A stretch of 64,000 nt of DNA from Bacteroidota bacterium (GCA_043810345.1 JBDROF010000043.1:1112-65111), one strand, 5' to 3'; counted from the first letter of the stretch, positions 25,461 through 35,144 are shown. A program made the numbers and translations. The notes: a model not told the origin generated them from the sequence alone.

Positions 25461-26063
25461 ATGAGAAAACCAGCCATCCTCCTGATCCTTGTCCTTGCCC
25501 TTTGTTCACTTCCGGCTTGCGATGTCGTCAACCAGGCCACACAGGCTGTAAACCTTATGAATTGCGATTTCCGGATTCAGTCGGTTACCAACATCAACCT
25601 TGCTGGGGTATCCGTAGAGCATATCAGCGATGTCAAGCAGTTAACATGGTCGGATGCTCAGAAGTTGATGGTAGCGCTAACCAAACCGGCCTTCCCTCTT
25701 ACATTTCAACTCAACATGGATGCGAAGAACCCGAATACAACAACTGCCGGACTGAACAACCTCGACTATATTGTATTTATCGATGATATACAGATGACAT
25801 CAGGGACCCTCAACCAGCCCATCTCTATTCCACCCAACAACGGAATTGCATCGATACCTATGCAATTGACCGTTGACCTGAAGCAGGTATTTCAGGGTAA
25901 ATCGGCTGACGCTATCCTGAATTTCGCGATGAACCTGATCGGTTCAGGCGGAGAACCAACCCGGTTTAAGGTGAAGCTGAAACCCTATATCCTGGTGAAT
26001 GGCTCCCCGCTTAGTTATCCGGGATATATCACTGTCAAAACCAAATTTTCCGGAAACAGTTAG
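25461..26063 (+). CDS. lipoprotein, possibly LEA_2/NDR1-like fold
   Basis: ATG at 25461 gives MRKPAILLILVLALCSLPAC (lipobox). Family assignment is weak. Confidence 0.4.
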   Translation: MRKPAILLILVLALCSLPACDVVNQATQAVNLMNCDFRIQSVTNINLAGVSVEHISDVKQLTWSDAQKLMVALTKPAFPLTFQLNMDAKNPNTTTAGLNNLDYIVFIDDIQMTSGTLNQPISIPPNNGIASIPMQLTVDLKQVFQGKSADAILNFAMNLIGSGGEPTRFKVKLKPYILVNGSPLSYPGYITVKTKFSGNS

Positions 26064-26410
26064 TTCTTCTTTTTCCCTTTGGTTTTCGCTTTCTTAATGC
26101 TATCGGTCTGAGCTTGGTTAGCTCCTGGATTCTTGACAGCTCCCGGATACTTCGCGGTAGTGCCGGGTGCTGTGGATTCTACCCGGGTCGACTGAGCCGC
26201 AACAGAATCTCCTTTGGCACGCAACGGTTGGACTGGTTCCCCGGTCACAGTCAGGATTGTATCCCGGGTCACAACCAGTGTCGAATCCGGTGTGGTGAGC
26301 GCTGCTGTATCTTCCGCTGCAGTTTCAGAGTTTGCCTGATTGCTGTATGAACAGGATACCATCAGGAACAGGATGGCTCCCAGTAAACTATTGAACAATA
26401 AATTTTTCAT
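26060..26410 (-). CDS. low-complexity lipoprotein, hypothetical
   Basis: MKNLLFNSLLGAILFLMVSC lipobox, an Ala/Thr/Pro-rich body and a Lys-rich tail. Confidence 0.4.
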   Translation of the reverse strand: MKNLLFNSLLGAILFLMVSCSYSNQANSETAAEDTAALTTPDSTLVVTRDTILTVTGEPVQPLRAKGDSVAAQSTRVESTAPGTTAKYPGAVKNPGANQAQTDSIKKAKTKGKKKN

Positions 26411-26926
26411 ACCGGATGGTGTTGTTAGACGATGAGACCTTCAGAAAATAAATGCCACTGGCTAACGCTCCCTTGTTAAATGAGAAGGCGTTCCGGCCGG
26501 CCGGAGCAGTATCCCGGAGCAACAGGTTCACCTCTTTCCCATTCAGGTCCAGAACCGTGATCTCAATTTCGGATCGCTCGCCAAGCGTGAATTCCACATG
26601 CATCATATCATACACCGGGTTAGGATAGATCTGTACCGGGTGGGTGATACGTTGCTCGGGGATCCCGATGGCCACGCCGTTCACCTGTGCAATCCAGGTG
26701 TCGAATGCGTGTTCATTCAAATTGCCATGGAGTTGTCGGGAGGAGTGGTCTCGTCGAAATAGTTCCCTTCAAAACTGGCCCCGATGGTCGGATTATCGGT
26801 CACGCTTTTCAGGGGAATCTCATCGGGATACGCATGATTTGACTGTGCCAGCTTCTCCTGTGTTTTCCGGATCTTTTCTGCCATGACATCAGGCGGGAGG
26901 GTGTGCTTCTTATCAAAGGAGATCAA
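26388..26926 (-). pseudogene. T9SS type A (Por_Secre_tail) C-terminal-domain protein, frameshifted and lacking a signal peptide
   Basis: The 110-aa ORF ends in VQIYPNPVYDMMHVEF...GIYFLKVSSS...KFIVQ (type A CTD). The adjacent 69-aa ORF (..GASFEGNYFDETTPPDNSMAI*) joins it by a 1-nt (-1) shift at aatTTGaat (26717-26722). Confidence 0.5.
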
Positions 26927-27078
26927 TTGCCGGTGCCACCTGGAAGTTAGTTGGCCGGCCAGATTTTACATATTTGAAAAACTAAATATACAAAATAAAA
27001 TCACCAGTTCGATAAAAATATTGGATTCGTTCCAGTTTTTTTTTGTTTACAGGATATGTTATTGTAATCGTTTAATCG

Positions 27079-27236
27079 GACGAGGCTGTCTCAAAAGAAA
27101 AAAATTGAACCACAAAGGGACACGAAGTGCAACACAAAGGAACCTAAGGATCTGAAAATCAGGCCATATTCCTTTGTGCGCCTTTGTATAATCCTTTGAG
27201 TCCTTCGTGGTTAAGTACTTTTGAGACAGCCTCGTC
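27079..27236. repeat. 158-nt hairpin/MITE-like element with perfect 19-bp terminal inverted repeats
   Basis: gacgaggctgtctcaaaag (27079-27097) is the exact reverse complement of cttttgagacagcctcgtc (27218-27236). The inner arms carry ACACAAAGG-like motifs x3 facing CCTTTGTG/CCTTCGTGG x4. Confidence 0.85.
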
Positions 27237-27247
27237 AAATAATTTCG

Positions 27248-27255
27248 TAATTTTG
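27248..27255 (+). promoter_or_regulatory. candidate -7 box TAatTTTG for guaB
   Basis: Matches TAnnTTTG. Lies 12 nt after the hairpin element and 25 nt before the ATG at 27280. Confidence 0.35.
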
Positions 27256-27279
27256 GCCTCTTAATTAAGGAGATCAGCT

Positions 27280-28746
27280 ATGTTACTGGATCCAAATAAA
27301 TTTCAGGGAGAAGGACTGACTTACGATGATGTGCTTCTGGTACCTAGTTACTCAACGGTTCTTCCCCGGGACGTCGATGTAACCACCCTGCTTTCCCGTC
27401 GCATTTCCATCAACATTCCCATTATTTCAGCGGCCATGGATACCGTCACGGAATCAACTATGGCAATCGCAATGGCACAGGAGGGTGGGATCGGAGTATT
27501 GCATAAGAATATGTCGATCGCGTCCCAGGCATTGCAGGTTCGCAAGGTGAAGCGCGCCGAGAATGGCATGATCCTCGATCCCGTTACCCTGGCTGAGAAC
27601 GCTCTGGTTGGCGATGCCCTTGCCATCATGAAAGAGCATAGCATTGGAGGGATCCCGGTGATCAATGAGAACATGGATCTGGTGGGGATTGTGACCAACC
27701 GTGATCTGCGATTTGAGCGGGATCCGATGAGACCTGTTGCTGAGGTAATGACCCGGAAGGTAATAACCATTTCGGAATTTACCGATTTTGAGAAAGCAGA
27801 AGCGATCCTCCAGCAGCATAAGATCGAGAAGTTGCCAGTGGTGGATAAAAATAACAAGTTAGTAGGCCTTATCACTTACAAGGACATTATCAAAGTGAAG
27901 GCTCGTCCCAATGCCAGCAAGGACAACCTGGGACGGTTGAGAGTGGCGGCGGCTGTCGGAATTACCTCCGATACCCTGGAACGGATTGAAGCGCTGGTTC
28001 GCGAAAGTGTCGATGCGATCGTAATCGATACGGCTCACGGACACACAAAAGGGGTGATGGAGATGACTAAACGGGTGCGGAAAGCCTTTCCTGGTATCGA
28101 TTTGATAGTAGGAAACATAGGTACCGCAGAAGCAGCCAGGGACCTGGCGAAACTAGATGTCGACGGCCTGAAAGTAGGCATTGGACCTGGCTCTATTTGT
28201 ACCACGAGGGTCATTGCCGGCATTGGCATCCCACAGCTCTCAGCGATTAATATAGTGGTAAAAGCATTGGAAGGTTCCGGGATCCCTGTGATCGCCGATG
28301 GCGGGATCCGGTATACAGGAGACATCGTGAAGGCCATTGCAGCAGGAGCTCACTCCATCATGGCAGGTTCACTCTTTGCCGGCGTGGAAGAGTCCCCGGG
28401 AGGGACTACCATCTTTGAAGGGCGGAAATACAAAACGTACCGCGGAATGGGCTCCATTGAGGCCATGCAGCAGGGATCTAAAGATCGCTATTTCCAGGAT
28501 GTGGAAGACGATATCAAGAAACTGGTACCCGAAGGCATTGTGGGCAGGGTCCCATTTAAAGGCTCTCTCTCCGAGGTAATCTACCAGATGGTAGGCGGAC
28601 TGCGTTCCGGAATGGGGTATACTGGCTCCAGTACTATAGAAGAGTTGCAAAAAGCCCGGTTCATCAAGATCACTTCGGCAGGAGTCATCGAGAGTCATCC
28701 ACACGACGTGAAAATAATCAGTGAAGCACCAAACTATAGCAGGTAA
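27280..28746 (+). CDS. guaB: IMP dehydrogenase
   Basis: 488 aa: [10 protein letters not shown], tandem CBS domains, [11 protein letters not shown] catalytic loop and GGIRYTGD. Confidence 0.95.
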   Translation: MLLDPNKFQGEGLTYDDVLLVPSYSTVLPRDVDVTTLLSRRISINIPIISAAMDTVTESTMAIAMAQEGGIGVLHKNMSIASQALQVRKVKRAENGMILDPVTLAENALVGDALAIMKEHSIGGIPVINENMDLVGIVTNRDLRFERDPMRPVAEVMTRKVITISEFTDFEKAEAILQQHKIEKLPVVDKNNKLVGLITYKDIIKVKARPNASKDNLGRLRVAAAVGITSDTLERIEALVRESVDAIVIDTAHGHTKGVMEMTKRVRKAFPGIDLIVGNIGTAEAARDLAKLDVDGLKVGIGPGSICTTRVIAGIGIPQLSAINIVVKALEGSGIPVIADGGIRYTGDIVKAIAAGAHSIMAGSLFAGVEESPGGTTIFEGRKYKTYRGMGSIEAMQQGSKDRYFQDVEDDIKKLVPEGIVGRVPFKGSLSEVIYQMVGGLRSGMGYTGSSTIEELQKARFIKITSAGVIESHPHDVKIISEAPNYSR

Positions 28747-28801
28747 AATTTTTCCAGATAAAATTCGTTAATAAAGTTCGAAACTAAATTTCAAAGAAGT
28801 G

Positions 28802-30793
28802 ATGAAACGTATTACATTCCGCTTACTGTTTTTATTGACTTTCTCAGGCCTGGTTTGTGGGACCTGGGCACAGGTCAGCAACGAGGAAGTGTTGATGACG
28901 ATTGCCGGTAGGAACGTCACGGTTGGGGATTTCATGTCCATCTACCAGAAGAACAATATGAAGAACCAACCCATCGACCAGGATGCACTCAACGAGTATC
29001 TCGACCTTTTTATCAATTTCAAACTGAAGGTTCGTGAGGCTGAAGATTTGGGGCTGGACACAGTCACCTCTTTTAAAACTGAACTGGCTGGATACCGGGA
29101 ACAACTGGCAAAGCCCTATTTTATTGATGAAGCAACCATTGATATGCTTGTTCAGGAAGCGTTCGACCGGTCGAAGCAAGACATCAGGGCAAGTCACATA
29201 TTTGTTCGTGTTAGCCCGGATGCCCTCCCCGAAGATACACTGGCAGCCTGGAATAAAATTAGGGGCATTCAGCAACGGGTTGTCAACGGAGATGACTTTG
29301 GGTACCTCGCTTTTGAATTCTCCGACGATCCGTCGGCGCGAGACCGGGAAGCTAACGCCCAACATCCCTTCCTCAAAGGAAACAAAGGTGACCTTGGTTA
29401 TTTTACCGTCTTCGACATGGTCTATCCCTTCGAATCAGCTACTTACTCCACCATGGAAAACCAGGTGGGCCAGCCCATCCGTACAGAATATGGCTACCAC
29501 CTGATCAAGGTAACAAAAAAACAACCTGCCATGGGAAAAGTAACCGTAGCTCATCTTTACAGAACACTTCCAAAAGAGGCTACAGCGAAAGACTCTCTGG
29601 AAGTGCAGCAAAAAATCGACAGTATCTACACCATGCTTCAGAACGGTGCCCGATGGGACTCTCTGGTAAAAATATTTTCAGATGACAAAGGGTCGGCAGC
29701 CCGTGGTGGTACCCTCCCAAGATTAGGTGTTAATAGATTAGTACCCGAATTCGTAGATGCCATCAATCAACTGCATGAAGTTGGTGATTATTCGAAACCC
29801 ATATTGACTTCCTATGGCTGGCATATTATCAGGCTGGAAGAACGTGAAAGGGTGGCCCCCTTTAACGAGATCAAGGGAGAGTTGAAGCAGAAAGTGATCA
29901 AAGACAGCAGGTCGCAATGGGGAAGAGATGTGGTCATCCGGAAAATCATTGATGAATATGGACTCAAACAGTACCTTCCGGCAAAGGAGGAGTTTTATAC
30001 CGTGGTAACCGACAGCATTTTTATGGGTAAATGGAATATCAGCCTGGCTTCCGCATTGAAAAAACCACTCTTTAAGATCGGCAACCAGGTGACCACCCAG
30101 CAGGATTTCGCCACCTATCTGGCATCCAAACAGAAGAAGGGCGAAAAACAGAACATTCAGTTCTATGTGAATAAACAGTATAAGGATTTTATGCAGGAGA
30201 AACTCCTGATGGTCGAAAACCGGAACCTGGAGAAGAAATATCCTGAATTCAAAGCCCTGATGAAAGAATACCGCGACGGAATACTACTCTTTGACCTGAC
30301 TGACAGAAATGTATGGTCAAAAGCCGTGAAAGATACTACCGGTCTGAAAACCTTCCACCAGAATAACAAATCAGATTATATGTGGGACCAGCGGATTGAT
30401 GCCAGTATCTATACTGTAAAGAATCCGGAATACGCAGTCACCGTCAGGAATTTCTTGTCCACTGGGTTGTCCGATGATGCAATCTTAAAGGAGATCAATA
30501 CTGATACATTGAAGATACTGACCATCCAGAGCGGTAAATTTACCAGGAAGGATCATCCTGTGATTGAGAAAATTACATGGGAAACCGGAATATCTGAAGA
30601 GGTAAAGACCGACGATGGAGTGGTGTTTGTGAATATCCGTGAGGTATTGCAACCTCGACCGAAAGAACTAAATGAAGCTCGTGGACTCATCACCGCCGAT
30701 TATCAGAATTTCCTGGAGGCTCAATGGATTAAGGACCTGAAAAAGAAATACCCGGTGGTGGTCCATAAAGAGGTCTTTGCAAAAATCAAGTAA
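28802..30793 (+). CDS. PpiC-type peptidyl-prolyl isomerase (PpiD/SurA-like periplasmic chaperone)
   Basis: Signal peptide and two parvulin-like regions (IRASHIFV...GYHLIKV; GGTLPRLGVNRLVPEFV...YGWHIIRLEE). Confidence 0.8.
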   Translation: MKRITFRLLFLLTFSGLVCGTWAQVSNEEVLMTIAGRNVTVGDFMSIYQKNNMKNQPIDQDALNEYLDLFINFKLKVREAEDLGLDTVTSFKTELAGYREQLAKPYFIDEATIDMLVQEAFDRSKQDIRASHIFVRVSPDALPEDTLAAWNKIRGIQQRVVNGDDFGYLAFEFSDDPSARDREANAQHPFLKGNKGDLGYFTVFDMVYPFESATYSTMENQVGQPIRTEYGYHLIKVTKKQPAMGKVTVAHLYRTLPKEATAKDSLEVQQKIDSIYTMLQNGARWDSLVKIFSDDKGSAARGGTLPRLGVNRLVPEFVDAINQLHEVGDYSKPILTSYGWHIIRLEERERVAPFNEIKGELKQKVIKDSRSQWGRDVVIRKIIDEYGLKQYLPAKEEFYTVVTDSIFMGKWNISLASALKKPLFKIGNQVTTQQDFATYLASKQKKGEKQNIQFYVNKQYKDFMQEKLLMVENRNLEKKYPEFKALMKEYRDGILLFDLTDRNVWSKAVKDTTGLKTFHQNNKSDYMWDQRIDASIYTVKNPEYAVTVRNFLSTGLSDDAILKEINTDTLKILTIQSGKFTRKDHPVIEKITWETGISEEVKTDDGVVFVNIREVLQPRPKELNEARGLITADYQNFLEAQWIKDLKKKYPVVVHKEVFAKIK

Positions 30794-30796
30794 CCA

Positions 30797-31633
30797 TTGA
30801 AAAACAGCCTGATCATCTTCCTGTTGGTTCTTACAGCCTGTTCCTATTTGCATAAAAATGGAGACAGACCGGTGGCCAGGGTGGATGATGATTATCTCTT
30901 TGAATCGGATCTCACCGATCTGGTTGCCCCGGGAACTTCTGCCACCGATAGCCTGAACCTGACCAGGAACTATATAGATGGATGGATCAAAAAGAAAATC
31001 CTGATTCATCAGGCGGAAAAGAACCTGACAGAAGATCAGCTGAATTTCTCTAAAGAGCTGGAGGATTACCGTAACTCCCTGGTTCTATTTGCTTATGAGA
31101 ACATGTTGGTCGCTCAACGCCTTGATACTGTTGTATCTGATGCTGAGATAGAGTCATATTATTTGGAAAACCAGAAGAATTTCCTGCTTAAAAACAACAT
31201 CGTTAGGTTATCTTATGTGAAGATTCCATCAGAGTCGAAACAGATCAGACAGATCCAACGGTTTTTTTACTCGGATGATCCTGATGATAAGGAGAGGCTG
31301 GCCGACCTGTGTGACAAGCACTCCGCTCAGTATTTTCTCGATGATGAAACATGGCTCATCTTTGACGATGTGATGAAAGAGATCCCGGTTCGCACATACA
31401 ACCAGGAGGAGTTTCTCCGGTACCGGCGATCTTTCGAGATACAGGATTCTCTCTACCTCTACCTGGTAAAATTCCTGGATTTCAAGATAAAGGAGAACAT
31501 TTCCCCATTGCAGTTTGAACGTATACGCGTCAAAAGCATCATCCTTAACAAACGGAAGATGAACCTGCTCAACACCATGCGGCAGGATGTTTATAACGAA
31601 GCACTTCAGGAGAACACAATAGAAATCTATTAA
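30797..31633 (+). CDS. lipoprotein with SurA-N-like chaperone features, hypothetical
   Basis: The TTG start gives MKNSLIIFLLVLTAC (lipobox). It sits between two PPIase genes, as in other Bacteroidota. Confidence 0.4.
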   Translation: MKNSLIIFLLVLTACSYLHKNGDRPVARVDDDYLFESDLTDLVAPGTSATDSLNLTRNYIDGWIKKKILIHQAEKNLTEDQLNFSKELEDYRNSLVLFAYENMLVAQRLDTVVSDAEIESYYLENQKNFLLKNNIVRLSYVKIPSESKQIRQIQRFFYSDDPDDKERLADLCDKHSAQYFLDDETWLIFDDVMKEIPVRTYNQEEFLRYRRSFEIQDSLYLYLVKFLDFKIKENISPLQFERIRVKSIILNKRKMNLLNTMRQDVYNEALQENTIEIY

Positions 31634-31658
31634 GCGAGTTATCCTAAAACGAATCCAC

Positions 31659-33002
31659 ATGAAACGATCCCGCATTATTTTCCTTTTCCTGATCATGGCG
31701 CTGTTTCAGATCCAGACCACGGCACAGGACTCCATCATTGATGGAATAGTGGCGATCGTTGGAGGACATATGATCCTTAAATCCGACGTGGAGTCGCAGT
31801 ACCTGCAGTATAGAGCACAAGGAAACATTACGGGCAGCCCGCAACGGGTCAAGTGCCAGATCTTTGAGAATATGCTGTTCATGAAACTGCTTTTTCACCA
31901 GGCTGAAGTCGATAGCCTCACGGTTACCGAATCCCAGGTGGAGAATGAGATGGACCGGCGGATGCGCTATTTCATTGCCCAGGCAGGATCTCCGGAGCGA
32001 CTGGAAGAGTATTATCATAAAAGCTTACTCGAGATCAAGGCCGATATGCGGGATGTGATTAAGGAACAGATGTTGGTGGAGCAGGAACAGCAGAAAATCA
32101 CGGAAAATGTCGAGGTAACACCTGCAGAAGTGAAAACCTACTACCGGAGAATTCCAAAGGATAGTATTCCTGAAATTGAATCGGAAGTGGAGATTGGCAT
32201 CATTACCAGGGAGCCGGCAATAGGAGATGCTGAACGGGCAGCTGCCAAAGAACTGCTGGCCGGATTCAAAGAGCGGATCACAAAAGGAGATGATTTTGCC
32301 ACCCTGGCCATCCTCTATTCTGAAGACCCCGGGTCAGCCAAACAAGGCGGGGAGCTCGGGATGTTTCAACGGGGTGATATGCGTTCGCAGTTTGAGGGTG
32401 CCGCATTCAAACTAAAGCCGGGAGAGGTGTCCGGTATTGTGGAAACGGAAGATGGATTTCACCTGATCCAGATGATCGAACGAAGAGGGGATTTCATCAA
32501 TGTCAGACATATCCTGGTACAACCAAAAGTTTCACCGATGGAACTGAATAACGCAAAGCTTTTCCTGGACAGCATTGCAAATATGATCCAGTCGAATGAG
32601 ATCTCGTTTGATCACGCGGTGATAAAATATTCTGACGACCCAACCAAAAACAATGGGGGGATGCTGATCAATCCTGTTAGTGGCAATACGAAATTCGAGA
32701 TTGACCAGGTCGATCCAAAGATCTTTTTTGTCATCGATAAGCTGAAAGAAGGGGAGATATCCTCACCCGTCAAATGGGAAGAGCGGGGGAAGCGTCACTT
32801 TCGGATCTACTACCTGAAGTCGCGATCTACTCCCCACTATGCTAGCCTGGAGGAGGACTATGCCCGCATCCAGCAATGGACACTCGATAAGAAGAAGCTG
32901 GGGGTCATTGAGAAATGGATCGATAAAAAGGCAGAAGAGTCCTACATCGAGATCATGCAGCCATATAGGGATTGTACTTTCGAAAGGCAATGGGTTAAAT
33001 AA
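31659..33002 (+). CDS. surA: SurA-like peptidyl-prolyl isomerase
   Basis: 447 aa: signal peptide, SurA_N-like region (IVAIVGGHMILKSDVE) and parvulin domains (GGELGMFQRGDMRSQFE...GFHLIQM; VRHILV). Confidence 0.75.
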   Translation: MKRSRIIFLFLIMALFQIQTTAQDSIIDGIVAIVGGHMILKSDVESQYLQYRAQGNITGSPQRVKCQIFENMLFMKLLFHQAEVDSLTVTESQVENEMDRRMRYFIAQAGSPERLEEYYHKSLLEIKADMRDVIKEQMLVEQEQQKITENVEVTPAEVKTYYRRIPKDSIPEIESEVEIGIITREPAIGDAERAAAKELLAGFKERITKGDDFATLAILYSEDPGSAKQGGELGMFQRGDMRSQFEGAAFKLKPGEVSGIVETEDGFHLIQMIERRGDFINVRHILVQPKVSPMELNNAKLFLDSIANMIQSNEISFDHAVIKYSDDPTKNNGGMLINPVSGNTKFEIDQVDPKIFFVIDKLKEGEISSPVKWEERGKRHFRIYYLKSRSTPHYASLEEDYARIQQWTLDKKKLGVIEKWIDKKAEESYIEIMQPYRDCTFERQWVK

Positions 33003-33032
33003 CTTTCCGGAAACATTGAAGAGACACTTATT

Positions 33033-34001
33033 ATGAACTACTCGTCGGATGTGGAAGCAGTGGATGCCATGGTTGGGAAATATTCCCTGCTGAAACAGGA
33101 GATTGCCAAAGTAATTGTCGGACAGGATGAAGTGATCAAGAATCTGCTGATCTCCATTTTTTGTAAAGGACACTGTTTGCTGGTTGGTGTTCCGGGCCTT
33201 GCTAAAACCTTGATGGTTAACACACTTTCAAAAGCACTGGGATTATCCTATAGCCGGATTCAGTTTACACCCGACTTGATGCCTTCTGATATCATCGGCA
33301 CCGAGATCCTGGATGAATCGCGCCATTTCCGGTTTATTAAGGGACCAGTCTTCGCCAATATCATCCTGGCCGATGAGATTAACAGAACTCCGCCTAAAAC
33401 ACAGTCGGCCCTCCTGGAAGCGATGCAGGAGAAAGCCGTCACTGTTGCGGGAATCTCGTATCGGCTGGAAGAACCGTTCTTTGTTCTGGCCACTCAGAAC
33501 CCCATCGAACAGGAGGGCACCTATCCGTTACCGGAAGCTCAGCTCGACCGCTTTATGTTCAACATCTGGCTCGACTACCCTTCATTTGAAGAGGAGATCA
33601 AGATTGTTCAGAGCACCACCACAGAGAAAACTGTTTCCCCTGAGGTGGTACTTTCGGCGGAGGAGATCCTCTATTTTCAGAACCTGGTCCGGAAGATCCC
33701 GGTACCCGAGAACGTCTATAACTATGCGGTATCACTGGTGACCAAAACACGGCCCCGAACCTCTCATGCCATTGATTGGACTTCCGAATACCTCACCTGG
33801 GGTGCCGGGCCACGTGCTTCCCAATACCTGATCATTGGTGCGAAATGCCACGCCATCCTGAGCGGGAAATACTCCCCGGATATCGAAGATGTTCAAGCCG
33901 TAACAACCGCCGTCATTCGCCACCGGATCGTCCGTAACTACAAAGCCGAAGCGGAAGGAATCACGGTAGAAGATATGGTCAAGAAGCTGCTGGAGAGTTA
34001 A
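33033..34001 (+). CDS. MoxR-family AAA+ ATPase
   Basis: 322 aa: GVPGLAKT Walker A, ILADEINR Walker B, ATQNPIEQEGTYPLPEAQLDRF. Confidence 0.9.
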   Translation: MNYSSDVEAVDAMVGKYSLLKQEIAKVIVGQDEVIKNLLISIFCKGHCLLVGVPGLAKTLMVNTLSKALGLSYSRIQFTPDLMPSDIIGTEILDESRHFRFIKGPVFANIILADEINRTPPKTQSALLEAMQEKAVTVAGISYRLEEPFFVLATQNPIEQEGTYPLPEAQLDRFMFNIWLDYPSFEEEIKIVQSTTTEKTVSPEVVLSAEEILYFQNLVRKIPVPENVYNYAVSLVTKTRPRTSHAIDWTSEYLTWGAGPRASQYLIIGAKCHAILSGKYSPDIEDVQAVTTAVIRHRIVRNYKAEAEGITVEDMVKKLLES

Positions 34002-34003
34002 AG

Positions 34004-34122
34004 GCCAGATGCCAGATGCCAGGCTTCAGTCCGCAGTCTTCAGTCCGCAGTTGGCAATTTATATTCCTTATTCTTCATTCCTCATTTTCCTCGACCCTCG
34101 ACCCTCGACCCTCTTCCCTTGG
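34004..34122. repeat. 119-nt block of 17 consecutive heptads in one phase with changing unit type
   Basis: gccagat x2, gccaggc, ttcagtc cgcagtc ttcagtc cgcagtt, ggcaatt tatattc, cttattc ttcattc ctcattt, tcctcga ccctcga x2 ccctctt cccttgg. Spans the convergent MoxR / radical SAM gene ends. Confidence 0.9.
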
Positions 34123-35039
34123 TAAGTATCCCTTCGCTCCAACTCTCTCTCAATCCGCTTGAGCACTTCGTCATATCTGATCAGATCCCAGCTTAAATGG
34201 TGAAGCATTTGTGGAGGAACCTCCCCGGCTAATCGTTCAACAACAATCGTTGGTGAGAGCCGTTCCAGAAACCGGATGATAAAATCGATGTATTCTTCCA
34301 GGCTGAACTGGTGAAATTGGGAGGGATCAGTGATGTACTCTTGTTCCATCCTGGTTCCCCTGATTAGCTGAAGTTGATGGAATTTTATCGTATCGACTGG
34401 TAAACACGAAATGATTTTAGCTTCAGCCATCATATCATTCAGATCTTCCCCCGGAAGGCCGAAAATGAAATGAGCACCCACTCGTATTCCCAATTCATGG
34501 GTACGTTGAATGACCTGTTGACTGATCTCGAAATCATGTCCGCGGTTGATTCGTTCCAGGGTCTTATCCGAGCATGACTCCACCCCATACTCCACCTGGA
34601 CAAAATGGCTCTCCGACAACTTAGCAAAGTAGTGAAGTTTTTCCTCATCCACACAATCTGGTCTGGTTCCGATCACAAGCCCCACTACATCCGGATAGAT
34701 CAGCGCCTCTTCATACAACTCCTTTAAGCGGGATAACGGTGCGTAGGTGTTGCTATAAGGCTGAAAATAGACCAGAAACTGAGAGGCCCGCCGGTAACGG
34801 ACCGAATGAAAATCAATCCCTTTGGCGATCTGCGTGCGAACCGGCTCAATCGGATTGCAATAAGAGGGATTAAAAGCGTCGTTGTTGCAATAGGTACACC
34901 CCCCGGTGCCTTTGGTGCCGTCGCGGTTTGGACAGGTAAATCCCGCGTCCACCACTACTTTCTGTACCCGCCCGCCGAATACACTTCGGATGTACTCAGT
35001 GTAGGAATTAAAACGCCGGTTATGATCCCAGGGATACAA
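34068..35039 (-). CDS. TIGR01212-family radical SAM protein
   Basis: CPNRDGTKGTGGCTYCNN cluster motif and conserved body. TTG start. The last ~17 codons (..KRVEGRGSRKMRNEE*) are encoded by the heptad block. Confidence 0.85.
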   Translation of the reverse strand: MYPWDHNRRFNSYTEYIRSVFGGRVQKVVVDAGFTCPNRDGTKGTGGCTYCNNDAFNPSYCNPIEPVRTQIAKGIDFHSVRYRRASQFLVYFQPYSNTYAPLSRLKELYEEALIYPDVVGLVIGTRPDCVDEEKLHYFAKLSESHFVQVEYGVESCSDKTLERINRGHDFEISQQVIQRTHELGIRVGAHFIFGLPGEDLNDMMAEAKIISCLPVDTIKFHQLQLIRGTRMEQEYITDPSQFHQFSLEEYIDFIIRFLERLSPTIVVERLAGEVPPQMLHHLSWDLIRYDEVLKRIERELERRDTYQGKRVEGRGSRKMRNEE

Positions 35040-35044
35040 TTATA

Positions 35045-35080
35045 ATTTACGATTAATTCGATTTACGATTTACGATTTTT
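35045..35080. repeat. tandem heptamer ATTTACG x5 (reverse complement of the AATCGTA family)
   Basis: atttacg attaattcg atttacg atttacg attttt. Begins 6 nt upstream of the radical SAM start codon. Confidence 0.85.
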
Positions 35081-35144
35081 CCATTTCGCTACCTCGCTAC
35101 CTCGCTACCTCGCTACCTCGCCACCTCACCACCTCACCACATTT
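35081..35144. repeat. tandem octamer CTACCTCG/CCACCTCA x8
   Basis: ccatttcg, ctacctcg x4, ccacctca x2, ccacattt. Confidence 0.95.

Noticed and set aside
26927-27279. Riboswitch or leader RNA upstream of guaB (purine/ZTP-type), and likewise upstream of glyA (23019-23185)
   Set aside because: I could not find the conserved cores of purine, ZTP or THF riboswitches. The guaB-upstream structure has perfect 19-bp termini and lies upstream of the likely -7 box, which fits a MITE or palindrome better.
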